Positions 34,402-46,818 of a stretch of 63,234 bases of DNA are shown piece after piece (position 1 is the stretch's first letter; each line of letters begins with the position of its first letter). A program made the position numbers and the translations under genes. Location of the stretch: positions 1 to 63,234 of the forward strand of contig CDMY01000504.1 in assembly GCA_001179505.1 (NCBI GenBank), given 5' to 3'. Source of the DNA: Vitrella brassicaformis CCMP3155 (Eukaryota; Protista; Chromerida). The notes under the pieces are model-generated. The model had not been told where the DNA came from, made no database searches, and saw nothing but the letters and a program-made list of their open reading frames with translations.

Positions 34402-35790
34402 GCGGCCGAAGGATCTATTCACACATTTTTTTATTGTGTGACATGAGACAGAGGGTGCGACTGCATTTAGGAAGGTTCTCCAGGGTCCTATGCGTCTGTC
34501 TGTCTATCGCACTCTGTCTAGTCGTGTCGACGGGATGAGGGTTTAGTCAGGTCGGCCGTGAGTGTGCCGTGCCGTCAGGTCGGATGGATCACATAATTAG
34601 TGGCACGGCGGGCGGCAGACAGCAGAGGGACGCGACGCGACACGGCCGTCACACACATCATGTGGCCGTCGTATTTGTTACTTACATGCTCAGATTGACT
34701 GCATGGCATGTGTGTGCTGCGCTGCGCTCAGAAGGAGAGAGGCGAACTCCTGACTGACTGACGCGGGCTGGTTGGCTGTGTGGTGACGGTGTGTGGGTGT
34801 GGGCATGTTGGGCTGCATGATACATAAGACAACCAACAGGTTTTTGTCGTACAGGTAAGGTAGAACAGGCTGTTTGGCTGGAGGGATGGCTGGCGTGGAA
34901 CGGCCATGGGTGTCTGTGGTGAGTGGTAGACATGACAGCGCCGCGTGTGTGTGCGAATGAAATTCTTCCACGTGTGTGTGGTGCGCTGGTGAGTGCGACG
35001 CGGGAAGGACACACACACTTGACGACACATCGCAGGAGCGAATCAACGCACCAGGTCCATCCAATGCACGCAGCGATAGACAAGTGGACGCCCTTCTGTG
35101 TGCCTCGTGTGCCTTGCTTGCTGACCTCCATGGTGACGTCCAGCCATCTGTCTTGACTAGAGTAGTGCATGATGCACTCGGACCAGCCTGTGCGGTAACG
35201 TACTTCAACCCAGCATGGCAACAATACCAACGATTTCCCGTTTTCGACGCCCAACGTAGGACATACTCGAGATTTTCTCGACGCGAGACGCGGCGTCAGA
35301 GATGTCCTACGTTGGGCGAGCAAACAGACCATTTTTGGCGTTTTGTAAGGCTGATGTCCGGCGGTCAGTCCCCTCTGTCTGTCTGAGTTATGAACATACG
35401 GAACCGTCCAGCCCCTCCAGGCCAGGCAGCACACCACGCACGTACACATTTTCTCGCCCCTCCTCCATCATACAGCCTGAGACCCCGACAAAATGCCACT
35501 TTGGTGAGGAATGTGGCAGGAACACCTCTCTACACACACCTCCCCTCCCCTCTCCTCTACTGGCTCCTCTATGTCTCTATGCATCGCATCGCACGGCATC
35601 CCTCTCACACAAATACGCGCACAAGAACCCTCACCCATCCATCCATCCACCCACTCGCTTATCGCCATACACATGCATGCTGCACACGCCGCAAACACCG
35701 CACACAGAGCAAAACTGTCGGCCGCTTCTCGACTTGACTGGCTGGGAAGGGCCCTCAGGCTGGCGTGAAAGTGTGTGCGCCGTCACATCT

Positions 35791-37044
35791 TCACTCTCCG
35801 CTTTTCACTTTCTTGGCTGCATGGGCGGTCAGGAACTCCTCCTTGTGCTGCACCAGATATGTCTGATCAGACGAGGCAGTATCACACATACCTCGCCGTG
35901 GTCCTTCGCCATTTCGTTCCTTCCCCTTCCTCCCTGATGCTCACTTTGAGTTTTTCGAGGGCTCTGTATCTGTGTGAGATGGTGTTTTTGAGCTCCTTGG
36001 TCATCTCGGCATAGGTCTGGTCGAAGCCGTGGGGCTGGAAGATCGGGTCCCTGAAACCGCCACACGCACACAAATAAATGCACGTATGGTGGGCATGCTG
36101 CTGGTCTGTAGTAGGTCTGTGTGTCGCTCACCATCCGAAATTGGGATCGCCGCGGGCATCGACAATCACACCCTGACGAGAGAGGGGCAGACAACACAAC
36201 ACCAGTGAGGGCTGCATGCAGTCAGCCATGTGTACGCAGCCAGTCGTGCTCGTGCAGCTGACGTACGTTCGTCCGTCCCTCGAAGAGCAGCGGCTTCTCG
36301 AGCGTGTCGTCCATATACGAAAACATGCATAACGCATACGCACTCTTGTCCTGCACGAAAGAACACACCAGTGATTCAGTACCCGTGCCCTCTCCTGGCT
36401 GGTCTGTCTTACGTCGAATCCGGCCAAGAGCTTGGGCAGGTCCTTGTGGCCCAGCTTCTTCAGAAACCACTTGCTGACAACACGCACATCAAGTCACATG
36501 GAAGACTGCATATGCAAGAATGGCATGACCTCCCTCCGGTGCGTTGGGCGTACACGTATGGCCCTGGCAGGCCGCCGAGCGCATTGAAGCAGAGCGATGT
36601 GTCCTCGACGATGACGGGCTGCTTGAGCTGGTTGAAGGCCAGCCGACACTTGCCCACAGAGATGTCTGCAGGATCGCCCTGCAACTCTGGCACTGACCAA
36701 ACACACAACAACACAGGCACTGTGTGATGAAGTGCTCTGGGTGTGTCCAATAGTGTGGATGCTCACAGTCGACATCTGCTGAGGTGAGAGTGACGGTCTT
36801 GCCCAGGATGAACGACACCTCACGAAGCTTGTTCGCATTCCCTGTGTGGACACACACATGTGTGTGCGACGGATGATCAGTGGTATAGATCTTGCCTGTA
36901 CAGAAGCAGAGGACCATCTCCTTCCCCTTCTCCGTCACACACTGCAGCAGACACACATCACCCACACCAAGACACATCACACTGCAACGTCATCTCCTCC
37001 ATCTGTCGGCTGCTTGCATCATCACTCACCATATCGTCAGCCAT
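35791..37044 (-). CDS. ITPA: Inosine triphosphate pyrophosphatase (HAM1 family)
   Basis: [56 protein letters not shown] across GT-AG exons (one probable GC-AG intron). Confidence 0.95.
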
Positions 37045-37533
37045 CACTGCAGGTTCAACAGGCGTCAGCTCGAGAGCCGTCCGCGACAAGTGATCAGGAT
37101 ACAGCGAGAGGCGTCCAGCGCCTTGCCGTGACCTCGAGCGATGAAAGGGCCGTATCACCCGCTCTGTCAGGCGGAATGCGGACGCACCAATGGGGGTTCG
37201 CTGCAGCACCGCCGGCAGCAGCGACAAGACGACAACGGAACAGACCTTCGCTGAGATGATGAGATCTGCTATAAACGTGCAATGCCCTTGCCTCCCTGGC
37301 GACATCAGACGCCGAGAAATAGAGGGCTTGCAGATATAAGCTCGCAGGCTGATCGCGAGAAGATCTCCCCCTTGTTTGTCGAATGCAGTGCTTCTGGAGT
37401 ACTTATGGAACATAGAAAGCCGTCCGCTGTGCTCGGCTGGTGAGATCTGCCACCGACTGATATTGCAGCGGAGATGCCAAGCAAGAGGACGCTGGCGGAA
37501 GCCATTTATCAGATTGCAGTGTCCAGGCAGACG

Positions 37534-39022
37534 ATGCTCTTCATCCCTTTCATCCTGCTCGCCCTCCCTCTCCCGCACTCCGCTTTTGTCGTTCCCTCTC
37601 CTCCCTGCTCATCACCCGCCAGACTCCCCGCCTCCCCCCTCCCCTCTCAGCTGCGAATGCAGCGCCATGAAGACCCTGCCGACCTGCCGGGCGCAGACGG
37701 CATGGAGCGTCACTTGAGTCGCCATGGCAAGGAGGCGTTCCCTCTCCCGCAGGCAGAGATCACGGCTGACGAGATGAGGATATCTGACAGCATTGCCCGC
37801 ATTAACCGGCTGAACCAACGGAGCCGGCAGAGAGGGATTCCCACGTCGGCTGCCGCCAGGAGGGACAAGAAGAAGCGCGAGAGGCGGTTGGAGATGCAGG
37901 GGCCGCCGATGCCCACGCTGCCTGATGTGGACGACTTCACCATTGACGGGAGGAGGCCCGGCAAGGGCGCGCCGCCCGTCAGCCCGCCGCCTGATCTGCC
38001 GTCGATGCTGCTGCACAACCGTATAGTCTACTTGGGGATGCCTTTGCTGCCTGCCGTGACGGAGCTGATTGTGGCGAAGCTGCTGTACCTCAACTACGAG
38101 AGCGCCACCAAACCCATCTACATGTACATCAACTCACCAGGTGCGAATTGGCCGACAGAAAGGCTGTGTGTGGGCGCACTCGTGTGCACGTCTGTTTGTG
38201 TGTGGTGTGTCACTGCAGGCAGTGAGACTGAGCAGTCTCAGTCCAGTTATGAGACGGAGGCCTTCGCCATAGCCGACGTGATGGCCTACGTGAGGCCGCC
38301 AATACACACCATCGCCGTCGGACAGGCTTGGGGCAGCGCCGCCATGCTGTTGGCTCTCGGTGAGTGAGAAGACTGACAAGGCAGGACAGACAGCTACACA
38401 TGAGATGAGTATACACGCGATGATTTGTGTCATGATGTGATGCAGGTCAGAAGGGCCATCGATACGCCTTGCCCAATGCGTCCATCCTGCTGAAGCAGCC
38501 CAAGGGCCGCGCGCAGGGCGTCGTGTCTGATGTGGCCATCAAGGCCAGGGAGACAGTCAACAACAGGTACCTACCTGCGCAGCCAAACATTCATACACAC
38601 ATACATGAGTGAGTAGGTTCTGTCCGTCTGCATCATGCATCCTGTGTCTAATGGCTGTCATTCAGGCGTGTGGTGACCGACATTGTGGCTGAGCGCACCG
38701 GGCAGAGCAAGGAGCAAGTCGAGAGGGACTTCCTGAGGCTGAGATACCTCGCACCAGAGGAAGCGGTGGAATATGGACTCGTCGACAAGGTCAGCTAGCC
38801 TGACCAGCCAGCCACCCGTCAAGACACTGGCGCACCCCTGTGTGTGTGAATGTGTGTGTGCAGGTGTTGTCAAGCGAGAAGGAGTTGCAGCACCTGCCGA
38901 CATTCATGCGCGAGCTGCAGCGGTTCGGTGCGGTGTCGTCGGACCTGCCATTGCCGCCAGCCAGGAACCCACAACTGTCACCATCTGGATCACACGACCT
39001 CTTCAGAGTGGGGACTACATGA
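37534..39022 (+). CDS. clpR: Plastid-targeted ClpR (proteolytically inactive ClpP subunit)
   Basis: Signal peptide plus SAFVVP transit motif; PDLPSMLLHNRIVYLG, MYINSPG. The catalytic Ser position is G (AWGSAA) and the His position is K (LLKQP). Confidence 0.9.
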
Positions 39023-39471
39023 ATGAATGAGGGAATAGGGAGGGAGGGAGGGAGGGAGGGAGCCCGGCTGTGTTCTTAAGACTGATGTTTGGTGGTGGGA
39101 GAAGATGGCTCGCCAGCTGATGTTTAATTTTTGCTGAGTGGTGTGATTGATGGGTGACCTCATAGCATTAAGCATTACAGTGAGTGACATGAATGCTTTC
39201 ACGAATACTTGACGTGCACTCATCACACGCACACAGAAAGGGTCCGGCATATCGTACGTACGCTACCCGTCCAGTCCATGGCCAGCGAGTCCGTCATTCT
39301 ACTCACAGCAAGTCTGCGTGTATGTGTCCCTCCTCTGCAGTGCAATGCTGCCGGCAGTACCACCACGAGCTAATCCATGTGCCAACCTGACACCACACGC
39401 ACACACATTGACAAAGGTGAGTACACATATCTCTTCCCATGTCCTCACCATCTGGCGTGGCATTTTGGTAT

Positions 39472-42400
39472 CTATGAGCTTTTCTCGATGATGGTGCGGC
39501 CGTCATCGAACCGCATGGACGTTTCCATAATGTGTGGGAAGTAGAACACGTGGAGCACGGCACAGAAGGTGTTGAGCTGGGAAACTGTGACGATGTCATT
39601 CGGCTCAAGGGTGACCTCGGGCACGACGGGAATGATGACCGCGAGCACCCACAGGAGCCACAAGAAGAGGTCGTCGTTTGTCGCACCATCAGGCAGGTCA
39701 CCTAGAAACAGCAGATCACACCAGACAGGCAGGCAGGCAGATGCTACGTAGGCCTTTCCCCCTTGTGTGTGTGTGTGTTGGAGGAGCCCGGGTGCATACC
39801 GCCACTTACCGGTGAAATCGATGGTCACTCCCTGGATGGCCGGCAAGTCGTGGCTCGCCCACTGCTGCAGACCGTCGCCGTACTGGAGGATGTCGTCCGG
39901 TGATATGTCAATCGTCACCGTCAGGTTCTCGGATACCCTCTCATCACCACCGCTCCCCTCGCTGCTGCCCAGCTGGCCCTTGAGCGCCTTGAGGAAGTAC
40001 ACGGCATCATCAGACCTGCGGAGGCGGATGTGGCGGCATTTGGGCATCTGCTTGGTGACGGCCTTGACGAGGCTGTCGAGCGTCTCCTGGGAGTGGGCCC
40101 TTGGTTGCGTTGCATGCGAATGTGTGGGCGCGGGGGAAGATGCCGTCCAGTCGTAGCCGAATTCGTCATAGTCGTCCATCGGGTACGTGAGCTCCTCACC
40201 ATTGATATCGCCGGGGCCGTCGCCGCCGAACGAATTCGTGAGGCCCTCCTCTCCGCGTTCATGCTCGTCCCGTTCCTGCTGCTGCTCCTCCTCCGCCCAT
40301 GTGCCGCCCCACCCGCTGACACTGCCATGCTCCGCCTCCTTCTCCCAGCCGTCCCCCTCCCAGCCCCCGTCATCAGCACCCTCGCCCATCTCCATCTCCT
40401 CATCGCCTTGCTGCTCGGCGAGACTGGTGGTGCATGTGAATGTGTGGGCGAGGGGGAAGATGGGGAAGACGGTCGGCTGTGCGGCTGAAATGGCGGACGT
40501 CACCTCTCCCCCACTGTACCGCACCTCGTCTGCTATCGCGGCCAATCCAAGAACAAGCTTCTGCACCTGATGGCATACGGACACGCATAGATCACGGGTG
40601 TGCGTGCATGAGTGTCGTCATGGTGCATATAGCAGACAGACACACCTGACGTGATGTGTCAGCTGCCCATCCGATCAGTTCCATGTCTATCTTCAAGGAC
40701 ACGCCCCCGGCTTTGGTGACCGTCAGCTGGTCCAGGGCCTCTGGCTGCATCACCGCCTCCACCAGCCGCCCCACCTCAAGCAGCAGCTCCTTATCCGATG
40801 CGTCGTCGGTCTCAATGTGCAGCTCGCGAAGGTTGTGGCGGCAGCCCCGGCTAACGAGGGTCTCACGCAGCTCGGCCACCGTCTCGCTCCCGGCTCCCCG
40901 CAAATTGATGGGGCCGATGGACTGGAGGCGGGAGAGGGACTTGCCGTCCTTGGGGGCCGTGGACAACAGGCCTTGCTTGACGCTCAAGAGAGTGGTGTCC
41001 ACATCGAACTTCTCCAGATGCTCGCAGGCTCCCATCCAGCGGCTATGACTGCCCTCCATGTCCTCTACGCCATATCCCCACTCCTCCACCAATGTCAGCA
41101 CTCGCAGACGCGGCGTGTACCACACCCGCCCGCCAGTGCGCACGGCCGCGTACTGGTAGGGCAGGCTGTGCACCTCCTCCAGGTGCGACAGGTCGATGGG
41201 GGAGGGGGAGGGGGGCAGCGGGTCCGCCGATATGTCGTAGCGAAACCCGCGAAACCCGCCGTCGTGGTCGTCGTCGAAGCTGATGACCTTGATGGACGAA
41301 GCGGGCTGTGGCACATGGTGCGCTGGCCGTGCTGTCCCCTCCTCTCCACCCTCGTGCTGCCTCTTCTTCTCCTTGTCGCTGATGGCCTTGTGGGCCGCTG
41401 CATTGCCCTCGATGATCGACACCCAAATGCCACCGCACCAGCAGCGGCTGTAGGCGCGAGGCCTGGTGAGGTGCAGGTGCGTCAAATGGATCGCGCGCTG
41501 CCCCCACTTGTGGGCTGTCGCGAGCGGCATCCTCTCCCACAGCTGCCGCACGCCGCCCTCGGCCGATCCGTCGATGGTCAGCTGCGTGTAGTTGGCGGCC
41601 GCCGCGTCGAAGAGGGCCTTGCCGAGGACGCGGCGGCGATGGGTCAGCTCCCAGGGGTGATAGAAGCCGAACACGTTGGCGAGCTCGTCAGGAGAGAGAC
41701 GAAGTGCGGCCTAGGAATTAGACACAGACAGACGGACACAGACAGATGTGATTGAGTGTGCAGAGGTGGCGGGTCGTTCTTTTTGTGGTCACCGGCGGCT
41801 GGTGAGTTGGCTGTTGTCCCGATCTGGAGACCAGTCGATATGACGGCTGCGGTGGGGCAGCGGCACTCACGTCGGAATCAGCTGCGGCCACCTGAATGAA
41901 GCGCAATGACAACAACGAACACAGAGACCGGTCTCCACCTCTCCCTCTTTCCAACTCATTGTCAATGTGCTTGTCTACCTCAGCAGCGAGTCCGTCTGGC
42001 GATGCGTCGACAAAATCCATCTCATCACCGCTCCCACCACCCCCACCAGCAACACCAGCAGCAGCAGCTGCTGCTGTTGAGGCGTCGTCGTCCGTGTGCT
42101 GTGGGCCGTGCAATGCGGCCGGTGCTGTGGTGGTGAGGGCTTCGACCATGTCACGCAGGTCGGACTCTGCAGCAGAGGCGTGGACAGACGCAGCTGTGAG
42201 GCGGCGCAGGACATCACCAGAAGCACCATCGTCGAGCCAACATGCATCACAACTCCACTGCAGCAATGTTAAGGACGGGCAGAAGACATTCTTATGTCCT
42301 TCGGTGTCGTCCGCGTGTCACATCCACTCACTCACCTGGACTTTGTCCTGCAGCAGCCGAGACACATCCGCCGACACAGCAGACTCGGCAACTTGGAATT

Positions 42401-42788
42401 GACCCGACGCAGCCCCGAGTCAAAGCAGCGCGGCCATCGTGTCACCAGATGCACCGCCGTGACGCAGACGCACATCGCAACTCAGTTGCCACATTGCACA
42501 GACGAAAGGGAAGACAATCGTGTGTGCCTCGGTGCCGTGCATCTCATGCACTCACCTTGATTTTGTTCTGCAGCAGCCGAATCCTTTCGTGCAACACATC
42601 CGCCTCGGCACGCAGCTGAAGAGAACCACACGCAAGAACACAGCAGACAGGAGAGGCACGTGTGAGCAAACGCACAGAGCATCACATCTGGTTGGGCTTG
42701 TTGGTGCCTGTACCTCGCTGATGCTAGCAGGAGCTGTGACCGCACCGGCCGTCAGACCCGACGCCGCCATCACGTCCTCTTCCTCCAT
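39472..42788 (-). CDS. F-box/LRR-like protein, inverted paralog of 21462-24025
   Basis: The 5' exons and introns (~41500-42000) are nearly identical to 21850-22330. Same LWERMPL..WGQR motif and repeats; both end IIxEKSS/T. Confidence 0.7.
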
Positions 42789-42994
42789 TGCCGACAACAA
42801 GAGCTACTGTGCGAGTCGGGCCGCCCGTCGCTGATGTCCAGTCATCGTTGCTATCGATGACCTCCGGATATGGGGTGGCACGGGCAGATGGACTGGAGAG
42901 ATAAATCAGTCGGGCTAGATAGCCACAAGCAATTCCATCACTCTGCGACCGACCAATTCGTCACCCCGCCACGCTCTTGAACACCACAAACAGC

Positions 42995-43018
42995 GGGGTT
43001 TCAGGGTCAAGGGTTTTT
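42995..43018 (-). promoter_or_regulatory. Telomere-like AAACCCTTGACCCTGAAACCCC motif in a divergent promoter
   Basis: Lies between starts at 42788 (-) and 43354 (+). Confidence 0.45.
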
Positions 43019-43353
43019 GCCCTGTAAATGGAGTTTGGGGAACAGGAGAACAGAGCCAGACAAACACAAGATTCCGGCCAGGTGAGCCATCGCGAAACGC
43101 CACAAAAGAACCTTGGTGTTTCCATCGCCGCTTTGTGGCTGCCGTGCTGTGTTTGTGATGGTCAGGTGATGGTTCGTTGAGAGGAGGTGTAGCGAATCCC
43201 TGTTGCCAGCAGATGGAGCGTGGCGGCGTGCCAGGCGGCCGCATGCGACTCCGAGATGACTCGTCCGTGGGGCTGTCGTCGCACAACGCTCCCAACACGC
43301 AACACAATGCTCCGATGAGTAAGCAACAAGACCACACACAACAACGTAACTGA

Positions 43354-46251
43354 ATGGATGTATCATCCAAACAACCCTGTGGCTGCTGCTTGTGGTCATC
43401 GCGTCTTCCAGCGTTCCCCGCTCCCAGAGTCCCTCTCGCATCACCCGTGTATGGCCGCCCTCCCCCTTACCCGCATCACTTGCACGCCGTCCCATCGCAA
43501 GTCCCTCCGGCTCCCCTCCTACCTCCCTCCGGTGCGCACATCCATCCACACCAGATCTACGCCCAACCCAGGGCCTCGAATGCGCAGCTCGGCTTCGCCA
43601 ACTGCCCCCCCTTGCCACCGCAGAGTCTCGGCGTGTACGGGTCGAGTGTGACGGCAGCAGGAGCGTTGTTGCGGCCGACGGGAAGTGGCGGCAGGGGGGA
43701 GTCTGTCGGGCAAGGGGCTGATGTGGGTGACGAGGTGGCGGTGGAGGGCAGTGTGCAAGAGGTGGTAGAGTCTCTCAGGACACACATTGAACAGGTGAGC
43801 TGGCCGCACCAGACCTCACCACCACAGAGATCGCATGTTGTCTTTCTCCCGTCACTGCAGATTAGTTGGGCTGGGCGAGTTCTGCGGGATGAGCACTCGC
43901 GAGCTCTCAAGTCGGAGTGCGAAACGCCAATACAGACACACAACAACGGGCACGCTGGCCAGGTACATAAACAAAACACACAGCTGCACACATACATCCT
44001 TTCCTCTCCTTGCCATTTCTGTGTCCAGGAGGATGACGGCGGTTCTGCAGTGGAGCGTCTTCGTCAGGCGGCCGAGAAGGTGAAGGCTGCAGAGGCGTCG
44101 CTGTTGAGTGCGGCCAACACCCTGCTGCCCATGACCCAGATCCCAGCATCGGCCTCAACACAGGTATGCGGCCTGTGGGCGTGGGAGAGGCCAACAACAC
44201 ACATACATTTCTATATCTGCGTTGTCTGTTGTGCCAGGATAACCGACCACCGTCGTATCGTCTGGTCAAACTCAGCGGCAGACAGCCACCGCCCCAGCCA
44301 CCGGTGCGCACACACCACTGCACACAGAACACCGTGCAGCGGATCCCACTTCTTCACCTGTCCCCTCTCTGCATGTGTGTGGGTGTCTGCAGGCGGCAGA
44401 TCGTGTGTACGGCAACGTGGACGCCAGCGGCCACATGCTGACCATGCACTCGTTCTGGCAGCTCGCCAAGGCCGCCGCCCCCCACTGCGACCGCATAGTC
44501 TTCGACTTCAGATGCCACGACGAGTGGGAGTCGGTGCCCCCCGCCGCCGCATTCGAGATCGGCAAGCGTGCCGTGAACCTCAAGACGGTGGTGGTGCGGC
44601 ACCCCCACCACTCCCCTCACTGGTGGATGGGCGGCTGGTCGTCCTTCATTGAGGGGCACTCGCGCGGCGTGGATGAGAGGAAGAAGACCGGGTGGCAGGG
44701 TGGAGGGATCGAGGAACTCATCTTCGTCCGCGTCCTGGACGCCAGCCTTCCCCGAACGGCCCCCCACAGACGGCTCCCTCCCATCACCCTCCTCCCATCC
44801 TTCAATTTCCCGGCACTCAAGTCCATCAAGGGCGCCGCCGAGGACCACCGTCACCTGTTCGACAGTCGGCGGTGGCGCATGCCGGCCCTCGAGCGGTTCG
44901 AGGGGGGTGTGGGGTCCTTTGGGGCGTTCTGCGGCACGTCCGATCGGCTGCAGTCCTTAGATGTTGGCGGCACTGGTGTTGGCGATGTAGCTGGTGTGAT
45001 CGAGGGATTCTCAGGCGTGGGGTCCTCCAAACTCGCGCGTCTGTAGCGCGTCCGTGGCCTCGGTCTGGTGGGTGGGGACGCTGACGCAGACAGCATCGAC
45101 AGACTTCGGGTGAGGCGCAGAGAGCACAAAGACAGATATCCGAGACATGACGTCCTTGTCTATGTGCCAATCGTGTCTTTGTAGGATGCGCTCAAGTCGC
45201 GGGGCTGCTCGAAGCTGCAGCGTCTTGACTTCATTCGCCGAGCGCTCATCGAGGTCACCCTGCCCACCCTCCGGGCCATCGAAGGATTCCTCCCTGCTGC
45301 AGCCCTCCCATTCGACCTTCCCGCGGCCGAGCTGTCGGTCAGCTTTTCGGACCAGGGCCTCCACTGCTTCGACATGTCGCTGCTGCATCGCATCCCCGCC
45401 CCCTCCCCCCTGATGAAGGCCATGCTGCGGCAGCTCGCCTCGCACGCCCTCCAAGTCGAGTGGACACCGGACGTGGCCTTCATCGAGCACCCGACCAGCC
45501 TCTCATGCGAGAAGGCATTCATTGAAAGCATTCGATTCAACAGGGCCTCGTGGCTGACCATCCACCAGAGCGGCCCCACCCTCCCTGCCGGCCAGACATC
45601 CGCCGGCGGCCCATCCATCCCTGACCCACGTGTGTGGTCGGTCATCGACCACATCGCCCCATCGGCTTTCCCGTCGCTCGACCAGCTGACTGTGGGCGGT
45701 CCGTTCGGCTGTGCGGCGGCCACCCGGCTGCTGACGGCGGCCAAGGTCCGCCTGCCGGCAGAGTCTCGTGTGTTGGCGGAGGGCGTGCAGGGGTCGGAGG
45801 CCCTTGACCTGATGAGGGCGATGGGCAGCGGGACAGTGCTCGAGTCGGTGCAGATAGAGGGCGTGGCGGGTGGGAATGTGGGCGGGCTGGATGAGTGGGC
45901 GCGGGCGAGCGCTGGGGGCCAGCTGCCCAAGACCAGTTCCCTTCGCATCATCCTTCACGACCGTAGGCGAACGAGACAGATGATGAAGGAATTGCAATGT
46001 CTCTGTCTCTGCCTCTGTCTCTGTGTGTACATGGCTCATAGTTAGCCGACGGCATTGCGTGGGAGCAGTTGGACATGATGCTGCAACAGTCTGTGCGGTC
46101 GACCAAGGACGTGGTCATCACGCTCCGCATGCGAGACCTGGAGGAGTTCCTGGCCGCCGTCAAGAGGCTCAGGGACACGACCCTGGCTGCCAAATGGACT
46201 ACCATTACCACCTGGCCGGCCCACACACTCCGTATTTCACGCCGGACGTAA
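43354..46251 (+). CDS. Diverged member of the same F-box/LRR-like family
   Basis: PPSYRLVKLSGRQPPPQPP motif shared with the two paralogs; LRR-like units (FPALKSI, MPALERF, LQSLDV, FPSLDQL, LPKTSSL). Confidence 0.6.
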
Positions 46252-46818
46252 GCAAGGAGGGAGGGGGACTGCATGCACACACGCATGTGTGGATGTCTTT
46301 GGGTGTCTGTCTGTCTGTCTATCTGTCTTTCTGTCTGTCTGTCTGTCTGTCTATCGTGGCCTCAGGTAGCTGCTGCTGTTGACGCACACACGACTTCATC
46401 TATCCTCTATCTATTCATCGATGTCTGCGTGTGGGTGTGGGTATATGCGAAAAACTCAGCTAGGGGTAGAAGGCATGTGCAGCAGATCTGCGTGAGGACA
46501 GTGCGAAATTCAATCCTTTATACGTATGCTCGCGACAGTAGATGGGTGTTGACGGTCGTCATTCCTCTCACGGTGTCCACCGAAGCCTCGCAGCTACCAC
46601 CACACAATCCTCTTTTAGCCGCACCATTCGCTCACACGCACCAGACATTAATTACACTGCATCCTAGTACCTACCTACCATATGAAGCGCTGACTCATAG
46701 ACCCACAGACAGACAAATATGTACACCGACGGGTGGTCACCAAAAGACCCACCCATCCATCCATCCATCCATTCACCATGCCATGCAGCTTCTCGCCATC
46801 TCAGCATGGAGGGACGGA

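Noticed and set aside
34976-35386. Protein-like frame (..VTYFNPAWQQYQRFPVFDAQRR..)
   Set aside because: No start, splice structure or family could be supported.
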